Part shown: one piece after another, positions 9,364 through 15,973 of the stretch | Layout of the letters: every line of letters begins with the position of its first letter | Position numbering within the stretch: the first letter of the stretch is position 1 | Assembly (NCBI GenBank): GCA_043767805.1 | Contig: JAYUGC010000115.1 | Location: 1 to 28,118 of the forward strand | Direction: 5' to 3' | Length of the DNA: 28,118 nt | From: Pseudomonadota bacterium | GTDB lineage: Bacteria; Bdellovibrionota; FAC87; UBA2466 | Program-made: the position numbers and the translations under genes | Notes under the pieces: model-generated | What the model was told of the DNA's origin: nothing | The model's input: only the letters and a program-made list of their open reading frames with translations | Database searches by the model: none

Positions 9364-11070
9364 TCACTTTGTCGGATGGCCAGTGAATATCCGGTAGAAG
9401 GAGCCCGAGCCAACTTGCTGATGGTTCTCGCGAACGTACTTGTCCACGTCATGATCGGGCGGATAAGTAAGATCTGAGCGGGTTTGGTCGTCGTAGTAGA
9501 GCTGGTCAACCCGCACCACCAGGTTGTTGGGATGATAGCGGGCTTGGTAATCCTCCTTGGCCGTGGAGCAATTTGGCATCCAGCACGATATTATCGCGTG
9601 CCTTGTCGCGGGACGCATCTTCGTAAGCAGATAGCCAGCAGGAAAATGGGGATAGAAAAAAATCCGGCCCTTGGAGTTCTCCCATCTAGCGACGTCCCGG
9701 CTGAGCTCTCTCAGCCAGAGCTCTTTTTTCGCACTGGTCTTCAAGTATTTGAAAGGACCGTAGGAGACTTCCACGACGGTCGTAGCCGAAGACGTCGAGC
9801 CATCTTTAGCGAGGGCTAAGGTATCCAAGTAAACGTAGCGAGCTAACAGCAAAACGACGAGAGATGGGGGTACATAGGCGAGCCACCGAGACTGGGCTCT
9901 GTCTAACAACAGAAGCACGGCAAGAGCCGTGGTCGCAACGACCGAGGGTACGGCCCCTTCTCCCAGCCTAGTGGGTCCAAACCAGTTCGTTCCCCACACG
10001 TACATGATTCCAGTAAGCATTCCCGGAACCCAAAGCAGAAAAAAGATCAGCTTTTCGAAGCGGGTCTTTTTCGTGAACAGAAAAAATAGGGGGCCGAAAA
10101 AGGACCAGTAGCTCGAATAATATTTAATTTCGTAGCCGAGCGATTGAGTGACCACAAAGGCCCACAATGGCGTCAAAGCGACCCATAGCATCGCCTCCTT
10201 GCGTTTTTTGTATAGAAGGAAAAGAAAAATAAGCCCGAGCACACCGTGTAAGTACTTGTAAGGGACACCAAGGAACGACACAGCGTTATCCCAGAAATGG
10301 AAAGTTGGCCTGCTGTACTCCGATCCTTTGACTGCTCCGAATATAGTCTCGAACGCAACGCTGCCGCCCAAAACGGCAAACACCAGACCGACGCTCAGCC
10401 CTCCGGCCACAAACCAAGCAAGCGAAACGAGCCGTCTTTCGCGCGCGGGAAAGGCGCACCATAGGAGACCTGAAACTGCTGCAACCACGATCACTGGCGG
10501 ATAGGAGAGAATGGCTAGCCCATGGGCCAGCCCGGCCAGAAAGACCCAGCCAGGACGTGGACGCTCGTGGGCTTGATGGATTAGAAAGATCAATCCTACG
10601 GGCAGTAAAGTCGTCGCCAGTGTGTAGTAAGTAAGACTCGTGACGCGAACATAAAGGGCCAGAGTCCCGCCCACCGACACAAGGATCGCCAAGTCGTTGC
10701 GCATCTCGTTTCTGAGCGCGACATAAACTTGAAAAGCTATTGCCGTAGCGACAAGAACATAGAGAAACCGCGAGAACAGGATGATTCCATCGGCGCTCCC
10801 CGTCATCTGCAGAAAGGCCGCAAAGAACGGGTAAATCAAAAGGCCGTGGGGCTGGATGAAGGAGCTTTCATCTACGAACGGATGGTCGCCTAAGAAAAAA
10901 CGGTAAGGCAAGACCGCGCTGAAGGCTTCATCGTAGAAATCCAAACCGACTAATTGCCGCTGATAGATTACCAATGACGCAGCAACCACCGCCAATATCG
11001 CGACTATACGCGGCCAGGAAAGACGCGCCAGGCCAGAGCGGGCTCGCGTACAAAGGTCGCCGGAAAGCAT
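9364..11070 (-). CDS. Polytopic membrane protein, probable GT-C fold glycosyltransferase (ArnT/PMT/GtrC-like)
   Basis: More than 10 hydrophobic segments, acidic DFYDEA motif in the first external loop, soluble C-terminal domain. Confidence 0.75.
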   Translation of the reverse strand: MLSGDLCTRARSGLARLSWPRIVAILAVVAASLVIYQRQLVGLDFYDEAFSAVLPYRFFLGDHPFVDESSFIQPHGLLIYPFFAAFLQMTGSADGIILFSRFLYVLVATAIAFQVYVALRNEMRNDLAILVSVGGTLALYVRVTSLTYYTLATTLLPVGLIFLIHQAHERPRPGWVFLAGLAHGLAILSYPPVIVVAAVSGLLWCAFPARERRLVSLAWFVAGGLSVGLVFAVLGGSVAFETIFGAVKGSEYSRPTFHFWDNAVSFLGVPYKYLHGVLGLIFLFLLYKKRKEAMLWVALTPLWAFVVTQSLGYEIKYYSSYWSFFGPLFFLFTKKTRFEKLIFFLLWVPGMLTGIMYVWGTNWFGPTRLGEGAVPSVVATTALAVLLLLDRAQSRWLAYVPPSLVVLLLARYVYLDTLALAKDGSTSSATTVVEVSYGPFKYLKTSAKKELWLRELSRDVARWENSKGRIFFYPHFPAGYLLTKMRPATRHAIISCWMPNCSTAKEDYQARYHPNNLVVRVDQLYYDDQTRSDLTYPPDHDVDKYVRENHQQVGSGSFYRIFTGHPTK

Positions 11071-11128
11071 GAAGAATTATCCCACGTGGACTGCTATCAG
11101 TCGACGCTACTTCGAAAAGCAAGGGTGA

Positions 11129-11156
11129 GCCGACCGCGAAAACCCCCGCGGTCGGC
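11129..11156 (-). terminator. GC-rich hairpin, probable terminator downstream of the GH42-like gene and small ORF
   Basis: Perfect 10-bp stem GCCGACCGCG / CGCGGTCGGC with 8-nt loop; pyrimidine/U-rich tail on the minus strand. Confidence 0.6.
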
Positions 11157-11168
11157 CCTACATTCAGC

Positions 11169-11306
11169 TCAGTTGCCCGAGGCGGTCTTGGAATAAACGC
11201 GGTTGCCAATCTGAGGGGCATTGATCTGAAGAAAGCCGTTGTCGACTTCATAGCGGAACGCAGCCCGGGTCTCGAAGTCCACCATCGGGTGCTTCGAAAG
11301 CCCCAT
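11169..11306 (-). CDS. Small 45-aa hypothetical protein or gene fragment (MGLSKHPMVDFETRAAFRYEVDNGFLQINAPQIGNRVYSKTASGN)
   Basis: GAGGGAG Shine-Dalgarno right after the upstream stop; ORF ends just before the hairpin; below the ORF-track cutoff. Confidence 0.4.
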   Translation of the reverse strand: MGLSKHPMVDFETRAAFRYEVDNGFLQINAPQIGNRVYSKTASGN

Positions 11307-11321
11307 GCTGGGTCTCCCTCT

Positions 11322-13691
11322 TTATTGGGCAACAACGGACAGCAGCCTCATCTCGAGCGGACGCAAATCAAACCGGTCCTTCATTCGAGTTCCCGCAATC
11401 ACATCGAGCCCGGCGCCACCAACGGAAAGGCGCACCGTCTGACTTTTTTTTGTCAGATTCATTACGTATACCAATTTCTGATCGTCACGTTCTACTACGC
11501 GCCAAACAATTCCGTACGGTATCGCCCCGGCTTCGTCGGTAACGACCAGTCCCGGCAATAGTTTTTCTTGTTTCAGCCATTTGCTCAGGTGGTCATGAGC
11601 CCCACGCTCCCCCGCCGAAAGTGTCAATTGGTGAACTTTCGTAAAAGTTGCTTTGGACAACCTCCCGTACGGATCAAATTGCGGTGCTTCCCCCATAACG
11701 AAGATTCTCGTTCCCGAAGCTTCCGCCCGACGAAGTTTAAGGACCAATCCGCCTTCTAGATAACGAGCGTGCGGAAGGATGACGGCACGGTAGGCCGAAA
11801 AATCCTGATCGGTTCCCTCCATAAGCACATCGACCGGCTTCCCCATCTGCATTAATGCAAACATCGTGTCGCAAAATGCCGAAAGATGTGTGGGATGTCC
11901 TTCCACGCGGGAGCAATTGGGCGTCGTGGGGTCGGCAACGTTAGACAGGCCGAAGTAGCCATTGTCATCGACCTGACCGCGGTTGGCCGAGTTCCCGTTG
12001 CCGTAATGCTTCGCCACCAAGCCCGCCTCCCGAGTTAAAGAGGCGTGCGACAGAACCACGGCCACATTCGCCGTTTGATCCTGAAATGAATTAATCTCAT
12101 TCCGAAATTGAGCAAACTCCATGCGGGTTTGGTGGACGGCGTCCAAAATCTCGGCCCGATCGAATTCGGCGCTGCCATTAAGTAACGAATTGGGATTTTC
12201 CGCCAGAAACGGTTTGAAATCGAAAGTCCATTGAAAGCTGGCCTGCAGGCCGAAAATGGCTTCGAGCCAGAACGTCGAACGAAAGTAGGCACCGGGTTGA
12301 GTCGCATTGGGGCTGGAACTATCGGTGAACTTCGCCGGATTTGATTGGAAATGGTTTTCCGAATTCATGAGCGGCTTCTTAGGGTGGAGCGATCGCATCA
12401 TGGTCTGGCACAGCAGCGCCGATTGCCACCGTACCGCGAAGTCGACGTTAGTCCCCCCGTACAAAATCCAGCTGTCGCAATCGACGATGTCCATGCTCTT
12501 CATGACCTTAACCGGGTTTAACCCGACGGCTACGCTCGCCGAGTTTACCGGGTAGGAGGACAGCCATTTCGTATGGTACAGGGCGTTGGGGTACTGCGTT
12601 TTCATCTGCCGATGTAGATCGAGCAAAAAATCAGCGAGTCGATCATTGTTAAACCGGCTCCAATCGTAGAATTCCGGAAGTTTCTCCACGGCGTGAGGGA
12701 TCTCGACCGTTTCGCCATCCGATGCGTCGCCGGCCCGGACGTAACTCGGTACATGAATTTGCTTGAAATGCTTGAATGGCTTGCGGGGTCTCCAACGGTG
12801 ATTGATTTCATCAATGGTCTTTGCGTCGCTCTCTAGCCACTTTCGCCAGGCCAACTCCGTGGCTCCGGGCGCCCCGTCGTCCGATTCGTTTCCCGTACTG
12901 CCGGCGTAGGCCGGTTCATTGGCCACGCTAATGAGTAGCGTGGGAAGCGAGTGACGTTCACGCAAATCACGCATTACCGTTTCGATGGTTTTGGCATGAA
13001 TGTCTTTTGAGTGTTGGGATTCAATATTGTAGTGGAGAAAACCGAACCCTTCGCGTTTTAGGTCGGGAAACGCGTGGCGCATCCAATCCGCTAACTTGTG
13101 GGCGCTGTAAAGTAATTCGTTGGCACCGTAAGGCTGTGAGAGCAGGTTTGGGTACTCCGTCACGACGACGTGCTGTTTCGGTAACGTCCATTTCGGGCCG
13201 CTAGTCCCGCCAAACAGATTCATTCCTAACTGGTCCTGCCAGGATTCGATGGAGGAATCCGAAGGGAAGACCGTAAATTTAAACGCGCCGAAAAAATTTA
13301 TCGTCTTACCCGATTGTTTGAAATGACCATCGACGATCTTGAAAGGGAGAGAGGGGTCGAAGCCTTGGTTCGGGTTTGCGGTTAGGCGATCCGCATTTAC
13401 TACCGGTTCCCGGATCGCCCCGCACATCCATTTTATGTCCGTTTCATCGACCGGATTGAACGAAGTCAGACCGTAAGATTCCGATTTTTTCAGAAGGCTA
13501 CTGGCGATAACTTCAACTATCTTCCCGCGAGACCGCACGCGTTGGTTAGGCGAATTCACGAAGCGGTCTTCCCGCGCCAGGGTCACCAATTCTTGAAGGG
13601 TCTCCGTCGTTGGTAGCGGGCACTCCGCCCAAACGGACGTCGCCGCTAGGGCAGCAAGACAAACTATTCTCAGCAAGTTGCTTGGAAACAT
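11322..13691 (-). CDS. Secreted clan GH-A glycoside hydrolase, GH42 beta-galactosidase-like
   Basis: Sec signal peptide (..ATSVWA), acid/base VANEP, nucleophile region MNSENH, INHRW, YDWSRF, C-terminal trimerisation-like domain (VAVVLS, YRAVILP); GAGG RBS. Confidence 0.8.
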   Translation of the reverse strand: MFPSNLLRIVCLAALAATSVWAECPLPTTETLQELVTLAREDRFVNSPNQRVRSRGKIVEVIASSLLKKSESYGLTSFNPVDETDIKWMCGAIREPVVNADRLTANPNQGFDPSLPFKIVDGHFKQSGKTINFFGAFKFTVFPSDSSIESWQDQLGMNLFGGTSGPKWTLPKQHVVVTEYPNLLSQPYGANELLYSAHKLADWMRHAFPDLKREGFGFLHYNIESQHSKDIHAKTIETVMRDLRERHSLPTLLISVANEPAYAGSTGNESDDGAPGATELAWRKWLESDAKTIDEINHRWRPRKPFKHFKQIHVPSYVRAGDASDGETVEIPHAVEKLPEFYDWSRFNNDRLADFLLDLHRQMKTQYPNALYHTKWLSSYPVNSASVAVGLNPVKVMKSMDIVDCDSWILYGGTNVDFAVRWQSALLCQTMMRSLHPKKPLMNSENHFQSNPAKFTDSSSPNATQPGAYFRSTFWLEAIFGLQASFQWTFDFKPFLAENPNSLLNGSAEFDRAEILDAVHQTRMEFAQFRNEINSFQDQTANVAVVLSHASLTREAGLVAKHYGNGNSANRGQVDDNGYFGLSNVADPTTPNCSRVEGHPTHLSAFCDTMFALMQMGKPVDVLMEGTDQDFSAYRAVILPHARYLEGGLVLKLRRAEASGTRIFVMGEAPQFDPYGRLSKATFTKVHQLTLSAGERGAHDHLSKWLKQEKLLPGLVVTDEAGAIPYGIVWRVVERDDQKLVYVMNLTKKSQTVRLSVGGAGLDVIAGTRMKDRFDLRPLEMRLLSVVAQ

Positions 13692-14137
13692 CCCTCTATT
13701 TTACCTGCGGGCGGGCTAGGAACGGGAATTATACCCATCTCTTCATAATTGGTAGATGGGCGCGGCAGTCAACGTATAGATGCCGGACAAATGCGAACCG
13801 GATTGCCGCATAGACCTTGGAATCATCAGGCTTTTGACTGTCCAAAAGGTCGGGGTGTACAAAAGTTAATCACCGCTTCGTAGAGTGATCCCCGCCATCC
13901 CGGTTCCCTTCCGCGCGCCCTTTTCGGAAGGGAATGTCTCTAGAAGGTCATATAACGCCAATTTTGCGCTCTGGGCCGCCGGCAAATCTGCCTTTGTCCT
14001 GCCTATCCATGCTCCGAAAGAAAGGACACCCCTGCTTCATCAAGGTGGGGGTCAAGAATTCGGAAGCCAACGAAGGGATAAAGGAACAACCCATGTTCCC
14101 GGAAATCTTCGACGCTCTTCTGAAATTTTTCTAAAAA

Positions 14138-15208
14138 TTAGAAAGAATCGCAGTCGCCGAGAGTCAGAGTCCAGAGCTCTAGATTCAAGGGCGCGCCTTG
14201 GAGGATTCTGGTGCAGTAAGCACTGCCGGCCTGGGGCTTTGCGTTCCACGGGGCGAGAGCGGAGCCGAAGAAAGATAGGTCGCTACCGTCTAATGTAAGA
14301 CGGCGCAATTTACCTTCCTGTACCAGCTCCCGTGTGACGATAGATACGAGAAACCGGGCGGGTATCGGATCGTGATCCAGCGCCATCAGCTCGCAAAGCC
14401 GCGCTTCCTCACCGTCCCGAAAGACCACGGCGAAGGCGACCGCCTCGTTTCTCCTGGTCACCCAAACGTACTCGAACAAGGGCTTGGGATTGGCGTCGTA
14501 GCGCCAGCTGAGATAATCGGAATCTTTCCAGACCGAAAGTGGCAACGTCGGCGAGATCCTTTTCCAGAAAGCCTCGTAGCATGCCGGAACCTGTCTCGAT
14601 CGCTGCAGAGATAGCCCGGCCACCGCGGTTTCCATCGAGCGCAAGCCTGCCGAGAGCCGGCTCCCCTGCCAGGCGCGGTAAAGCATGTCCAAGCCGTTGG
14701 CCAGGGTGGCGGAAGGAAGCCGTCTTGCCACCTCCGAGCGGATCGCCAGGCGCATTCGGTAGTGAGACAGGGTTCCGGCGCGGAGAAAACTTAGCTTCGC
14801 AAGCTTGATGGGCAGGACCTTGGCGGTCGGAAAACCAAAAAGGATCCGGATGCCTGCGTCATGGGCGGCGCGGTAAGTATGCTCCGCAAGGGCGATATAG
14901 ACGCCTTGGCTTCGGTGCTCTTCGGACACGAAGGAGTCGACGCATTGGCCGGCGGCCAACCGGCGCCCGGAGAGATTTACATATTGAGGAAGAATGGCAG
15001 AGTGTCCGACTATGTTTCCATCGGCCGAGACGGCTACAGAAATGATCGGCTCGCCATAAGGAAGCTGCCGGTACTTCCAATCCCAGTAGTCCGCCTCCAC
15101 CGTGGCTTTGAAGGCGCGGTTAAAGAGAGCCAGGGATTGCGCGTCATCTTCGGGGCGTGCCGGCCGGATTATCGGCTGCGTTATGTTGGATTGAGTCTGG
15201 GATTGCAT
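14138..15208 (-). CDS. GNAT family N-acetyltransferase (polysaccharide-locus type)
   Basis: IRPARPED, YWDWKY, VDSFVSEEHRSQG (acetyl-CoA loop), LFGFP, YLSWRY. Confidence 0.88.
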   Translation of the reverse strand: MQSQTQSNITQPIIRPARPEDDAQSLALFNRAFKATVEADYWDWKYRQLPYGEPIISVAVSADGNIVGHSAILPQYVNLSGRRLAAGQCVDSFVSEEHRSQGVYIALAEHTYRAAHDAGIRILFGFPTAKVLPIKLAKLSFLRAGTLSHYRMRLAIRSEVARRLPSATLANGLDMLYRAWQGSRLSAGLRSMETAVAGLSLQRSRQVPACYEAFWKRISPTLPLSVWKDSDYLSWRYDANPKPLFEYVWVTRRNEAVAFAVVFRDGEEARLCELMALDHDPIPARFLVSIVTRELVQEGKLRRLTLDGSDLSFFGSALAPWNAKPQAGSAYCTRILQGAPLNLELWTLTLGDCDSF

Positions 15209-15252
15209 GGTTTTAGAATATGGCCCGGAAGTCTTTATAATACCCTTTATCC

Positions 15253-15577
15253 ATGCGCATACCCATCGCGACGCCCTACCTGCCCTGGCCGCTCCGCTCG
15301 GGCGGAAACGCAGCTCTTTTTTCCACTCTGAAATGCCTTGCCTCCGATCATCAATTCAACGCTCGTTTGCCCCGTGACCGTAAAGCAGAGATGGACTCAC
15401 CTCCGTCGGCTTCAGGCAACGCTGCCCGAGGTTAAAGTGCGAGGCGTGTCCTGTCCAAAACCAATCAGGCATCGCCTTCGCGGGCTTCGTCGCTCCGCCC
15501 CCCGGCGCTCCCACGCCCTATCAGCCGTTTTCCGGCGTGCCGAAAGCCTTTCTCAAAGCTCTCAAGGAGGAAAGTGA
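15253..15577 (+). pseudogene. Frameshifted, truncated GT4 glycosyltransferase N-terminus
   Basis: MRIPIATPYLPWPLRSGG is a typical GT4 start. An extra A near 15358 shifts DHQF to TLVCPV. A second apparent shift near the C6 run 15498-15503 gives PYQPFSGVPKAFLKALKEE. No C-terminal domain follows. Confidence 0.7.
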
Positions 15578-15589
15578 CGAGAGAACAAT

Positions 15590-15739
15590 TTACTCCAGCA
15601 GCGGCGCGCCGATCGTGGGCCACTCTTCCTTTGGGACATGACGTTGCATTCTTTTATTGTCCGAGTAGTTTTCAAAGAGGATGCGCCAGACGATGGAGCC
15701 ATCGCGGCGGACGTAGCGTTTTACAATTTGGTAGCCCAT
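15590..15739 (-). pseudogene. 49-aa ORF resembling the N-terminal arm-binding region of a tyrosine integrase (truncated)
   Basis: MGYQIVKRYVRRDGSIVWRILFENYSDNKRMQRHVPKEEWPTIGAPLLE; AGGAG RBS; starts 32 nt downstream of the tRNA 3' end; basic three-strand pattern; no catalytic domain. Confidence 0.5.
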
Positions 15740-15770
15740 AAGTCTCCTATCGGATTTAGGAGGACTTAAA

Positions 15771-15843
15771 TAGCTGGGGAGGGATTCGAACCCCCGACCA
15801 AAGGATTATGATTCCCTTGCTCTACCGACTGAGCTACCCAGCC
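15771..15843 (-). tRNA. tRNA-Met (CAT), probably elongator; CCA not encoded
   Basis: GGCTGGG/CCCAGCT acceptor stem, TAGCTCAGTCGGTAGAGC D-arm, AGGGA-ATCATAA-TCCTT anticodon arm, GGGGG-TTCGAAT-CCCTC T-arm; 73 nt; lacks initiator hallmarks; Ile2 not fully excluded. Confidence 0.95.
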
Positions 15844-15860
15844 AAAGTGAAATCCGGATT

Positions 15861-15889
15861 TTTTTAGCCCATCCCCACCCCGTTGTCCA
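15861..15889 (-). promoter_or_regulatory. Putative sigma70 promoter of the tRNA
   Basis: TGGACA-N17-TAAAAA ending 17 nt upstream of the tRNA 5' end. Confidence 0.45.
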
Positions 15890-15939
15890 ACCTTATGGAA
15901 GCGCTACCTTTATTTGGGGGGAGGGCGGGTCCGCGCGCC

Positions 15940-15967
15940 TAAGGAATAGGCTCGAAACGGCCGATAA
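15940..15967 (+). promoter_or_regulatory. Putative sigma28 (FliA) promoter, probably giving a leaderless transcript
   Basis: TAAG-N16-GCCGATAA with a perfect -10 octamer, ending 6 nt before the GTG start at 15974; no SD present. Confidence 0.65.
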
Positions 15968-15973
15968 GTCTCC

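Noticed and set aside
13860..14090. Possible c-di-GMP-I riboswitch or retron ncRNA
   Set aside because: GGCAAA and GAAA are present but the P1/P2 arrangement and GCAAAG junction are not; no reverse transcriptase nearby
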